From the NCBI GenBank assembly GCA_907165135.1, contig OU015567.1:11098001-11162000 (forward strand): a DNA stretch of 64,000 nucleotides, given 5' to 3'. The notes under the pieces are model-generated. The model ran no database searches. It had not been told where the DNA came from and was given only the letters and a program-made list of their open reading frames with translations. Within the stretch, counting starts at the first letter, position 1. Each line of letters begins with the position of its first letter. The position numbers were made by a program, and so were the translations under genes. This stretch comes from Oikopleura dioica. Its lineage: Eukaryota > Animalia > Chordata. Of this stretch, positions 43,552 through 56,500 are shown in pieces.

Positions 43552-46500
43552 ATGTGTCCAAACGGAAACGCAAGTCAAGGTAATGTGCATATTTTTTGAA
43601 AATCTGCAGTTAAATATCTCGATAATAGATGATGTCATTCTAGTGACTGGACTGTGCAGGTCTATTTTAGGGCGAAGTGATAACTTATCGCTGATACATA
43701 GAGCTTAGCTCTTCTTTCATCAGATGAAAGATTTTATACAGTAGTTAGACTGCGCATTTCTGGTGTCCTCTTCCATGATTTCAATTATAAAAAATTTCAG
43801 CAACCGCCGAATCGGAATACATAAGGCAACATGTGATCAACGAAGCTATGCATTTTGCTCGACAACAGGTAGGAATGTTTGATTTTCCAAAGAAGGAACT
43901 GAGACAGTAGATTCAAAAGGTGACTCGGGATTTGAAGTCGATCCATTCTGGCAAAGAATTTTCACAAAAATAGTTAACTGGTATCAAATCTGACATTTCG
44001 GGAACGGGTAGACGCATTTCTAGGTGTGAAAATTCAAGGCATGTTTTGGGTTCATTTCTCATGTGATTGAAGATAACTGATTAAGAAATTTTATACCGCA
44101 AATGTATATAATTATTTGAATTTATGTAAAAAGGCCATTTCCCATTATGAAAGTGATCATAATTGAATTTATTGAATGTCAAGTGTCGCTCAGCATAAAT
44201 AAAATTCGCCGAAATTACGTCAGAAGTGTACTGCTAATTGTTGGTGCTATAAACCTGATCCCATAGAGTTAAATTCACTATTGACGTCTATTTATTGTGT
44301 TGAATCCGGTCATTATACGGTCATTTTTGCCAAGTTTTTTTCAAACTTGTGCTTGCTTCTTTTTAAATTTGAACGCTCGGGCCTCAGAATTTATGTCGCC
44401 ACTTTTATGAAATAAGCAAAAATTGACGTCAAACAAACCGTGAAAAGTAATTAACAATCTGTCTGAAGCGCTAAAAATAGAAACTCGGAAAATCGTACAC
44501 AATGAAAAACGATAAAGACCACCTTGACCGGAAGCATCATAAGTCTCGTTAATTTATTTTAAATAATAAATCCTATGATAACAAAAGAAACGTCAGCGCT
44601 ATTTTTAGGCTTTACTGTCCATGATCGAACAACATACGAACCGGCAGAACATGCTCGAAAACCAGAATGCCAGACAAAAAGAACTTGAAGCAATCAGGTT
44701 TTGAAATAATCTCAAATTTTTTAACAATCAATTAGGGCAAAAGAAACTGAACAGCAGTCTGCAAATGCTTCAGCCGCTGTAAAACGAAGATTACAAGGGA
44801 ATTGGATAGAATCTTTTAATCTAAAGTTTCTTCGAAAAAAGTTCATTCGATATCCGTATAAAAGAGGTTATTCTCGCTAAACGGAAGATGATACCTACGA
44901 ATGGCGAAGATTTCCCTCTTCGCAAAGCTAGTAAGTGACGCAGATCAGCCCAAAATAGTTACACCCTTTCTAATCTCGTGGTCTTAATTGGGCATCTTTG
45001 TGACATCAATGCTCAATAATCGGATTTAGTGTCGGAGCCTAATCTGAAGTTGCGATCGAAGCTGAGAACTAAGGTTGACCGGAGACACTCGCCTATGCTA
45101 ACAAGGAAAACCGGCGCGAACGAGATCTTGAATGAGCGCATTCGAAGAAAAATCTCAGGTAAAACGAAAGCTTTAAAATAAAACTCATACGAGTCCCCCA
45201 GCAACTGAGTCTCCTACATCTGCCTCGCCAACATCTACTAGCTCGAGTACAATCTATCCAAGCACATCATCTTCTGCCGCCACTGCTTGTTCTTCCTCGG
45301 GAATGTTTTCTTCCCCAAGTCTTCCTAACATTGCCGACATCGCTTCTGGACATCCTCACAGTCACCACCCACCGAACAGAAAAACAAGCCATGACGAGTC
45401 CAACATGGCTTCAAAAAGCCCCTATCTTATCCAGGCTCTTCTTGCGAGTCAAGTCGAACGGAATCGCTTCTATCGCGCGAATTCTGTACCCACGCTTGGA
45501 GAAGACATCAAAAACTGGGCATCTTCTAGGCGAGATCCTTCTCAATATTCTGCATCTTTTGGGCCCGGATTCACGCTGCCAGGACAAAATGGAGAACTTG
45601 GGGGCTTTAGACAGAATCCACAGATGATACCAAATCTTAGTCAACTGAGTCTGAACTGTAATCGATTCCAAATTGAACGATCAAGCAGACTGAATTCTTA
45701 TCAAACACCACTTGAGCGAAGAACTGGTTTCTTTGCGGAAAGAAATAATGATCACGTTGAGGCATTTGAAAATATATTTTGGTCGATGGCGGAGAGATCT
45801 CTTCTTGACAAGGTAAAATTATAAAGTGTATCTCTTTTAAATCTTTCTTTCAGATTGAGCCTCGTCTTCCAAGTAAAGATGAATTGCGTTTAGTCCACTC
45901 GGAGAAGCTTATTTCTTCGAAATTCTCAGTCTCGCCGCTTGCAATGGAAAAACAGGAATCATCCCAGTTCCATAGTCTCTCGGTAAATCTCCAATTAAGA
46001 CAAGATCTTCATTTTTCTTAGGGTATCGTTGACACAGTCGTCGCGGTAGGAGTCGATCAGCTAAGAAACGGCTTTGTTTTCGTCAGCAATTCTGGTGTTC
46101 AAGCCGAAAAGGACTTCTCGCCCGATTTTCCCTTCAACTCTATCGCGATCGCCGTAAAATCATTGCTTGATCAGCGACCAAACTTCAGACTTCTCGTCCT
46201 CGATCTTGCCGAAACCCATGCCAGCGGCACTCAAAGCATCTTCTACTCCGATCCTAACGTCCTGACAGTCTCATTTCATAGAAGTCAGGGAACCCCAGAG
46301 AAGATCGAAGAAATCGGGAGAGGTACTGGATTGGGCTTCAATCTCAATGTTCCGCTCCCTGACAATGTTAGTGATGATGACATCAAAGTCGTAGCTGATG
46401 TTGTTCTTCTACCACTGATGGTTGAGTTTGAACCTGAGGTAACGCTTGTACTCTTCCTTGATTTCAAAGGCATTTCAGCTGGTCATTGTAAATACAAACT

Positions 46501-46977
46501 TCTCCAATTACTTTGAAAGAACTTCACCTGAACGTAAGACTGAAAAAAATATCGATTCGAATCTTATACGAAAACTTAGTTTATGGGTGGTTAATGGGTG
46601 AAATTTCACAAATCGCCGCACAAAAAGTCGTTGTCATCTTCAATGGCCTTGAAAGTCCCGCACTACCAGCTCGCATTGCCTTCAATATGCGAACAGCAGT
46701 TTCCCAAAAGGAAGCTTTTCAGAAGTTAAAACGCAAACCTTTTTTACGCGATGAAGTTCGGGAAACCATCATTTCCGTTATTCACACTCAAGGTACTTTG
46801 AACCCCCCCTGGTTTGGTTTACCTTAAGTTTAGGGAAATACTGGCCTTGTCTTCAGAGATCGCGGCTGTTTCTTGAGCAGCTTATTGATTATTCACAGGT
46901 TCGTAAGCGATAGAGTATTTTGAATAATTTATTTTTAGGAGATCGAGTCCGACGACGAGAATATAAAAGTCGACTGA
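43552..46977 (+). CDS. HDAC4: Class IIa histone deacetylase (HDAC4/5/7/9-like) with a degenerate catalytic domain; start codon uncertain
   Basis: MEF2-binding SANASAAVKRRLQEVI; FPLRKA|MSEPNLKLRSKL; SSPSLPNI; RANSVP; deacetylase-fold remnants LRNGF, FNSIAIAVK, SGTQSIFYSDPNVLTVSFHR, EIGRGTGLGFNLNV, KYWPCLQR. Confidence 0.88.
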
Positions 46978-49444
46978 CTTTTCTTATCTTGCCTGCTTTG
47001 AAAGTTCAAAATTCCGTATTCACTTATTATTTTAAATAAATTTCATTCCTGGTGCGTTCGGAACAAAAAATAAAGCGGCAAAATTGTACCTGTCTTATAA
47101 GATTATCCAGCAGATAAGCTTGGAAAGAATGCGGTCAGTGCTGGACCACAAATGTCGACCGCTGATAGCTTCTTATGCTACAGATTAGTCCACGGAATCG
47201 AGCCAAAATAGTAAGATAATAAACTCGGTAACTGCATTCAACACTATTTTGTCTGTTAAAAAGTCACGGAGATGACTGTTTTTAGGTCAGAAGATCGTTG
47301 ATCAATATTCGTTTGGAATTTGTTCTCCCTAGTTTTTATGAGATCACAATTACGTATTCAGATAGAATCGATGCATAAATACCACGACAAATGGGCCAGT
47401 TCACCATGTTTTCTTTCGTCGCGAACTTTGGATTTTCCTTGAATATTTTTCTCGTGATTGTCCAAGGCCATCTTCTTTGTTGATTTGGGCAAATTTCACG
47501 CGCGGCGGGCTCAACTTGAAGGTTTATTATGCTGTGGGACGAATTCGCGCCGCAGGTTCCTCCCACATCAAAACTGGACACAGACATCCATCGTCAAATC
47601 AATTTAGGAGACAATTAATTATTCCTTTGAAATATCTGAAAACTGGACCTCGAGTACAGTGCCTCTCGGGCACCTGCGAATTAGGAACTCGAAAATCGAT
47701 TCTAGCAATAAGAAAAAATAATAGGCACTTCATTAAAAATCCTAATTCTGGACCGACTTAAAAAATCTATTAGCAGAAAATTTTGACGAAAGGTCAAAGG
47801 TTCATGTGAAGATTGAGGAAACAGTAGAGTCCTGTAAATTGACAGGTAACATTTTAACAGTAGTGCGACCTTTCGATGCTCATTATTGGCGTTGGTAATT
47901 TTGATTAATTGCGGCGAGCGAGGGTCTCAGAGTCTCCCGTTTATCGTTGAGAAATTGGCCTAGTCAAGTTGTTTTGAAAAATAGATCATGTTCAAAGGAA
48001 CTGGTCGACTGGAGGCTTCGTCAATCAGCAGAATTCAAAACAATTTGAAAAGATTAAAAAAATTCTTTGAAATCTTTTGTCAAATGATAAATTTAAACCG
48101 TTGAAAATATAAGTCAGAAATTCTTATCAAAAACATCATGAGGTTAGGAGGCTCCACGAGCGAGTTCTATTTTGTTGAGGATAAAAAAATGGAGCTCAAA
48201 TCGAGAATTTTAAATCTCCGTTTGCGGTGGACTCAAGCTGGAGATAAAAAATTTCTTGCGGGTTTGGCAATGGAGGCGAAATGCATACCGCAGTTTTTAG
48301 TTTTTACATTTTCAGTGACAGGAGACATTCATGAACTTCTATTTGCAAAATTCTTGAAACTGATCTAGTCTGATCGTCCGATCGAGACTAAAACTTTTAT
48401 CTGCATTTTTTGATGCTGCGGCTCAGCTCAAATAGCTAAAATAAAAATATCATGCAATTTGATGATAATTTACAACTTTACCATTTTACGCCCTTTCACG
48501 TTGAAACAGCTGCGCCGCTTCCATCCAGCCGCATGTGACATTGTGTGCCCAAACGTAAATCTAATCTGAGGGAATTTCCTAGACGGTCGATCATTCTCAG
48601 AATTTGTCCAGGGAGATTTTCGCTGATTCAAGGGCTTTAGCGAACTTTTGAGCTGGGATTTGGAAGGCGGAAACGAGCAGGATTTGAAGCCTTTGCCAAA
48701 TACGCTGGTTGATAAGGAGATCAAGGGCGACGAAGGGGTTTTATGAGGTTTCGGTGATTAGGGCAGGGATCATTCGAGTGACCATATTTGCGCAGCGGGC
48801 TGGGAAAAGGCTGCGGTCACCGGCTCACCATTTCTTTCTGCCACATATTATCGACACGTTGATACATATTTATTAAGCGAAATAGCCCTTTGATCCCCGC
48901 CTTGTTTACGACTTGGAGAGGTGTTCCTTGCATTTTTAGGCACACAAATGATTCCAATTCTTCTATTGATGCTTTGATCGATTCTTAGATGCTAGTGTTT
49001 AATGAAGAACAGTTTGGATTTTAAATTAATCACCCAATTAGTCCACCCTCGCCACTTAAACTTAGATCAATACCTAAAGCTTCTACTAAACCTATTATCA
49101 CAATCACAAGTTCCAAAGAAAACACCTTTTTGAATTTATAAAATTAAAAAAGGGAAGAGATTTCGCTTTCCAAGCGAGTTCTTGACCGCAAACTGCTCTG
49201 ATATTTGATACGACCGCAGGAATGTCTTAGCTTGGAATTTTTGCGGTGCTAGGGGTAGTGACAGCTGGAATTTCTTGGAGGGAACTCATATAACACCTTT
49301 TATCATGCATTTTTACTTGTTAAATTTAGAGTTTTTCTGAAAAACTTTTTCAAATTGAATAAAGCAAGATTTTAATTTTCTAAGGTGGCTTTAAAATACT
49401 AGATTTTACATAATAATATTTTCTTATATTCGAATACGATTTAA

Positions 49445-50578
49445 ATGCGATATTATGATTGGCTGTCGATTTGGCGCTCTGGTGCGCCAGTAGGCATTAT
49501 TTCGCGGTGTGCCCGACTCGAAAAAGCGAAAAGAAGTGTGATGATTGATGGGTATGGTGGCGCTAAGGGGCGGCGTGTGCCCTTGGCCGCAGCCGCCAAC
49601 CAAGCCAATCTAAACCGAAAGCTTTTGTCCGAGCCCCTGTCCTGCGGTTCATTAAGTACCACCACAGGTGATTGAAAGGTTGAACCCGATCCTGTTGCAC
49701 GAGCTGTTCGTTGCAAAAATTTAGGCACGCGCCTGAAGAAGCCTAAAGAGATTAACGAAGCAGCCCGTCGCCCGAGTGAACAAGGTGAGAGCAACATTGT
49801 GATTTATTACTGAGCAAATATCGTTTAAAAACTCAGAGGAAGCGTGATCCCGGGATCTAGAACGTTTCTAGGTCCCTATTCCTTTACTTCAGTGATCTAA
49901 ATAAAGCTTTTATAAAGTTGAATAATTACTTACAAAAAGTTTTAATTCATCAAAAATCGATTCGTTTTTCCCTCACTTCAGTTAATAGTTATTGAACAAA
50001 ACTCCCAATTAGCAAGAAAAACTAGCTGATTTTCATTGAAGAATTCTGATGAATAACCATCATGGTTAGTGGGGCCCATGTTCCCGTGAAAATCTCTTTT
50101 CAAGAGCTTTGGTAAATTTTAGACCAGAATTAAGTACGCCCTGCATGAAGGGTTCGCTTCTTAGTGATAATGACTCGTTTGTAGACACTACGAGATCAGA
50201 ATTCTGAAACTGCTACTATTTCTATCAATGCATTGTGCTTTTAGAATTCAATAAGTTCAGTCTTAGTAAATTTAAACGGTTAGAAAGACTAATTTCTCTT
50301 TGGTTCAAAAATTCTCACGGAAAATAAAAGGAAAACTTCCAAAAAAGCTTTGACAACTTTTTCAAAATACCAGTTTTATTCTAGTGTCGTTGAAGCAGCC
50401 TCCCTTGGTTCCGAAAGCTGCAAAGCCCGCACTAGGATTCCTGCCAAAGGAACTTGGCTCGGCTTCAGAGAAGAGCCCAGAAGAAGGCTTCACACCTCAC
50501 TCAGCCAAATACAATTCAGATAACTAGCACAACTCAGCAGATAAATTCGCCGCGTGACACTCTTCAAGAAGAAAACAG
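49445..50578 (+). other. Candidate spliced transcript (exons ~49445/49541-49667, 49725-49784, 50385-50578): orphan small protein, lncRNA or distal Runx leader
   Basis: Canonical cag|gtga, ttag|, aag|gtgag, ctag| and cag|gtaag sites. The first three exons join in one frame (STTT-G|TRLKKP...SEQ-V|SLKQPP...SDN*, stop at 50525-27). A reverse CCAAT (gattggct) lies at ~49457. Confidence 0.35.
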
Positions 50579-53500
50579 GTAAGAATCCTTCAAAAAAGGG
50601 ATCGGAAAGGGGCTTTTTTCTTGTAACGCCTTGAGCTGTAACAAATTCAAACAAATTTCGTACTTTATTTATTGTAAAATCACCCTTGAACATAAACAGA
50701 ACCAAAAAAAAAGAGCACTCAAAGATCTCGAGTGCGAAATACAGAACTAAGTTCCAGCCAGAATGTGACCTTACTTATCTAACGAGCCTTTCAATATTTG
50801 AAAATTTGCGCGTCACATTATGATATGGGATATTATATTGACAGCATATGAGGTCAGGGAGCTTGAAGTGAGCGACAGAAGAATTGATTTATGATTTTTT
50901 GAGCTGAACATTGCAGTTTGTTTATGAAGTAGAAAATGGTGGTGAGGTGTATTTTTCGGAAGTCGGAATCCTATTTCGAATTGTGTTGATTTCGGATAAC
51001 AAATGTAAAATTACTCAAATTAATAAGCCAACGTACATGCTTGTTCGTGGCATTCTAGTGTGTCTTGTCCCGGGCGGATTAGTGCTAAACAATACGTCCC
51101 CTGGCCACTCCAAAGTAATCCTTGTCCGGGTCCTTTTCTTCGTAAACAAGCTTGCAGAAGTAAATCATCTCAGACTGTGAGGAGCCCGATACTCTCATAA
51201 AGTATTGCAAGTAGCAATAACAAGAATAACAATATAAGAATACGAACAGGAGGAGTCAGTTTATAAATATTATCTTGTTTCGCTTCAATATCATTTTTTC
51301 CGAACTAATTTCTAGGAAAACTCAAATAAAATCAGTAAAAATTACAAGAAGCAAGACATCCACAAGACCTGCTCGATTGACAGACCCCATCTATCTGGCC
51401 CCTTTCTTTTAATTTTGGGCCATAAGTTATGGGAGCAAAACTTCATGAAACTAAAGCTAGGCCGCCAAGGCCCGTTAGGGTTTGATAATAACTACTCTTA
51501 TTTCCACAATTTCTCACACACAATATTTTACGATCAAACAGATCTTTTCATTGAGCTACCGAATGAGTCGGATAAAACCACAGGTGTTGATGGTAACCCA
51601 GAAGCGGTTCTTCTATCTATATAAATTCGCACTTTTCAACAAAAAGCAGAACACAACGCGCGTCGGTGTTGTGGTTTAAAATCAAAGTTTGCGCTGGCGC
51701 GGCGAATTATGCCACGCAGCTGTAAATTTTTAACAAATTTTTATTCCGGCTTACAGTTTTTGAATAATAGTGGCGCCATCCGGCTGATTATCTCGCATTA
51801 TGAAGTTGCGTTTACTTTTGAAATGGTGCCGGATGGGGCTCGCCTTTTTTCTATTAGAAAGCGCTGACCTTGATCATTACAAATTTGTCTTTTATGGGCA
51901 GAACAATGAACTTCGTTAAAGCCGCAAAATCGACTCAGAATAACGGTCCCCGTAATTCTGAGAGAAAAGCAGCCTCGGCACCATCTGACTGAAAAAAACT
52001 GTAAGTCCAGCAGATCATCGAAATTCACAATTATGAAAGAATGAAAAAGAAAACTGAAATCATAGTCACATTAAAATTTTTAGTCAAAAGTAAGCAATTG
52101 AAAATTGTCGTTAAAAATAGTCAGCTGTTTCCCTGACTACGTAAATTTTTCTCCAAAGAATCTCCAAAACTGTCAGATTTCGATTTACGTGCATTTCCTC
52201 GCCCGTCTTCCTGCTCCAACTAAGGTGGAGCACTTCGGAAGCGGGTAATCGCGCTGCGCTTCCGCTCGAAGCGTGCCCAAATGTCACCTCGAGGTCGATT
52301 AGCCTCTCCTCCGTCCTAATAACTACCTATCGTTCTATCAGAGGGCCGATTTTTACGCTTCTTATCAGTAGACGATTTATTGGTATGGCGTCTTTCGAAA
52401 ATTCTGTTGCACCGTTCGCAAGAAAAGAAGCTAAATTGTCAATGCCCCAAAAGGTCGGGGTATTCAGGTTTATCGCCGAGATCAATGATCATGTAAAAAA
52501 CTATGATTCAAGTGGGAAGGTTGTTAACTTCCATTTCAAAGTTCGGTGATGACTTTGACATATAAAATCATCCAATTAAGCTATTGGTAAATCGTAAAAC
52601 TAGATTTTGAAAGACCTTGACTTTATATAAAACCTGCTGATTTTTCAAACTTCTGAGTCAAACGTGCGCTGCCTTTTATAGCCTGTCGACAACAATAGCA
52701 CGTTTCGTGATAATGATTTTACAAGTTGTCACATTGGTGGTTCTGGTGTCGCCTTTTTGGTCGGAACAAGACTATCTTGTGCGACCACAATGGGCGGAAT
52801 GCGACCACTGTGCGGGCTGATTACGCTGCGTGTTCATCGAACTCGGTGCGCTCAGGAAACGCGGCCCGTGAAGCCGTTATCTATTGACTCTTCCGACTTT
52901 TACACGATTTTCCACTCCACAGTAAATATCGATAGCTCTATAATACCGCGCGCGACAACTTCCGCTGCTGAATTTAAACCAGGATCTAGGCATTAAAAAT
53001 GATGATGCCATCTTCAATCAAATTCAGCGTGTTTTTGGCGTCTCAGAGTCATAGAATCGCTGAGCGGGTTCTTGTTTTCAGTCATGGCCTGAAAGTGTCG
53101 TCCTTTTTTGCGAGGCGCAAACTCGGCCAGCGGATTAAGCGACCGCAAGTTGAAGCATTAAGACCTCGATTGATGCATCAAGCCAACCACGGGGATTCTA
53201 ACAAATGCAAAACGCAGGCTCGATTCTGACGCCGTTTTGGAGAAGCTGTTTAAAGCCCAAGGTGACATGTTTATCCGGTCAGTATTCAAGCCAAGTGGTC
53301 TCACTCCAAAACTCGGTCCCCAGATTTTCCAGTGCTTTTAGAAATATCAGCGTCAGATCTCTCGCTAAAAGATGCCAGGAGATTTTGTAAAAAAAATGTC
53401 GCTTGGCAGTGATGGCCATTTTAGGGGTAATCTTGCGCTTGGATAAGCGACCACCGGGCGGTTTGGTGTGGCCGCGCCAAATTTTAACTTTGCGGTGGCT

Positions 53501-56500
53501 AGCCCCTATTTTATTATTCTACCTTGCTATTCAAAACAGAGCTACTTTCTCAAAACATGTCCCTATCTCATCCTCGTACTGATAACGGGTTTTCTAGAGC
53601 TCGTTTTGCCAATTTTCCACTGACAGTTCGTCAGCAAAGATTCATGCTCACATATTCATAATCATCACATGGGAAAGAGTGACTGTCTTCCTTGACTTTT
53701 GGAATTCAAACGTAGGCAAGAATGCTTCCTTGACCTTTGATCACTTTAGCAAAGCTCGACAATACTTGAATTTCTCGAAATTCGCTAGAAATCGGCGAAA
53801 ACCCCCCTGTTTGGACTTGATTTGACGTCACTCCCCTTCGTAAAACGCCATGACGAGTGATGATAGTCTTTCACAATCGATTGCCATAACTCAGCCACAC
53901 TCCGGAAGTAAAAGGTGTGCCCGAAAACGGGTCGACCTTTTACGCCGGGCCCCTGCCACAACATCAGACTGGTGCACTCGAATGTTGAGCAAATATTCAA
54001 ACTCGTTTCGTTTTACGGCCAAATTGCATTTTACCCTTGGCGACTTTTGCATTGCGGCCGAGGGGAGAAAGTTTCCCGAATAATTTCTTCCACGTATACA
54101 GTTATTTTCAACTGTTACGATAACAGCGAAATGCAAACTTGAATAAGTCGAAGATTCTAGTGCTCCAGAATTAGCCAGGATCTGAAAATCAAAGTCAACT
54201 TGCGGTAACTTTTCCCGAGTTATTCCCAGACCTTCCAATCATTGGAAGCAATGAGTGCTCGCTTAAAATTTCATGTTCCAAAATGCGGTTAGCCGCATAC
54301 TTGCAATCGTGCCCTCTGCAGGTGCACCAGTCGCGCATGATATGGGCAGCGCGCTCCCAAAGTGCCCAAAGTAGTCAGAACATCCATCGCTGGGCGCGTA
54401 TCAGTCCTTGCGGTCTCTTTAGTCACTCCAATTTCGTCGTAATTGCAGGAATGGCGATTTCACCTCTGGTAATCTCTTGTAGGTATCATTTGGTTCTAAT
54501 TGCCACCTCTTAAAAAGCTTAATCAGTCTTTTTTCATATGACTCGTTTGGGAAAATGAAAGTCTTCGTTTTCTCATTGTCGACTTCTGAATGGCCTAGCG
54601 TTAACCTTAGGTGTCTTGGGCTTCCTTCTGGCGGCTTTGGCGGGCTCCTCGTCAAAACAGCCCCAACCGAGCTCGGTCGGGGGTTCAACCACCACCAGAA
54701 CCACAACCACAACGACACATCTGAGTCCCCTTTCGCGGCAGGCCACCAAAGCCGAATTCCATTTCGTCAGTGACCAAACGCTCATCCTCACGTTATATCA
54801 TCATCGCTTTCTTATCAGTCGAAAGTTTTACTTTCAATTTCTATAAAATGTCAAGATGAAGCCATTCAAAATTATCCATTTTTGGCCCGTGATTTTCATA
54901 TTTGCTCAAAAACAGAAAATACGGCTGTTTATGGACCCCTCGGTATGTTTCAGCTCCATTACTCCGGCAGCATTTTTTCACGCGAAATTCGCGTATTAGT
55001 AAGGCAGTAATGGTCTAACTTGCAATTCCCCCAACCGCAGTGGCGACCGCGATCGACCACGGGCATCACTACTTTTTTCAAAGTTTATCATATTTTCGCA
55101 TATTCGCTAAATAGTTCCATTCGGTTTGTCACATTTGTCAATAACAACAAAAAAATGGCGGTTCACCACAGGTGCGTCAATATATCCTCGCGCTCCATTA
55201 GCTCCGATCAACCAAATCCTCAATAATGATCATCACGCTTCGGATCACCTGACACTTCCAAGAAATTAATTGACAAACTTGTTCGACAATAATTATTTTC
55301 ATTGAATTGCTTATTTTGCTTATCAGCATGAGAAATAATAATTTTAAAAATGAGATAACATGCAGAGCGCTATTTTCGCATTTTGATGGGAAAAATATTC
55401 TGCGGTCGGATCAGGCGCATTCTTACGACAAAAAACACAAACCGAGTTCCTGTTGTGGTGAAAATGAACAACGCTCATTAAGTTTCACAGAAATTGAATA
55501 CGATTCGTAATTACTCACGCTATCAATTGAACTCTTCTCTTTAAAAATCTACCTTCATTACCACCCTTCAAAATGCAAAAACAAGCTTCCATTATGTTTG
55601 TGTACATAATGAACAGAGCGCGAAATTGAAAATCTCCTCCTCGGCGGTCACCACCACCACTAATGTAGCGGACCTAAACACATTACCGTACACGAAAACG
55701 GTCTTGTTTTGTATTTGTCTGCTGTTTAAAAATCTAGCGTGCGAATACAGCTTCGCACAGGACGGAGCATTTTTCCAAATTTAGCTCCGTAAGAAACATG
55801 ACAAGCAAAGAAATCGGAGTTGAAATCGCTTTGTCCGATGATGAGTTAGTTGGTGATTTCACGGCTGTCCGGAGCGAATTTTGCGCGCCGCTATTATTCT
55901 TTAGAGTTGAACATGAGCCCGTGGTGAATCCATTTGCACAAAATAACTTTAGTTAGCTACTTTAACATCATTAGGATGTTTGGACAGTTTTCTGTCTCTG
56001 ATATTGTTGTTGCTTTAAAGTCTTAATCAGTGTGGTTTCATGGCCATCAGCGACATCGGAAACATGCTTGAAACTCCATCAATTGTCGATCAAGACTAGG
56101 AGCAGCCCTGATTGAAACCCGAGCTTAAAAAAACTGATGAAAGCAACCATAAGCCACTATAAAAATACAGTTAGTTTTCGGTCAAGTGCGATGATCTTCC
56201 CCTAATCGGTTTGATTCCTGGAGCAGCACCTCCACCACCGTCCGTGTCAAGTATTCCGCTTCCGGCCGGATAATGTGGCGCCACTTTGAGCTCTTGAATA
56301 AATTTTATATTGATTTTTATCGGCGCTTATCATCAAAAACCGACTTTTCAAAGATTTATATTCGTTTCCGCGCTTTGTTGTGGCGCGCGACGCTGGAGTA
56401 GTTGTTGATGGCTCATATTATTTTTTGCGAATATGTTAACGCTTCAAAAGGGGCTTCAAACAAATATCACAAAAATGGAATGTTTGGCGGCGCGGGAGGT

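Noticed and set aside
53785-54846. Cluster of overlapping 70-115 aa ORFs as a hidden gene
   Set aside because: Some splice-like sites exist, but I could not build a consistent frame or recognise a domain. Left unresolved.
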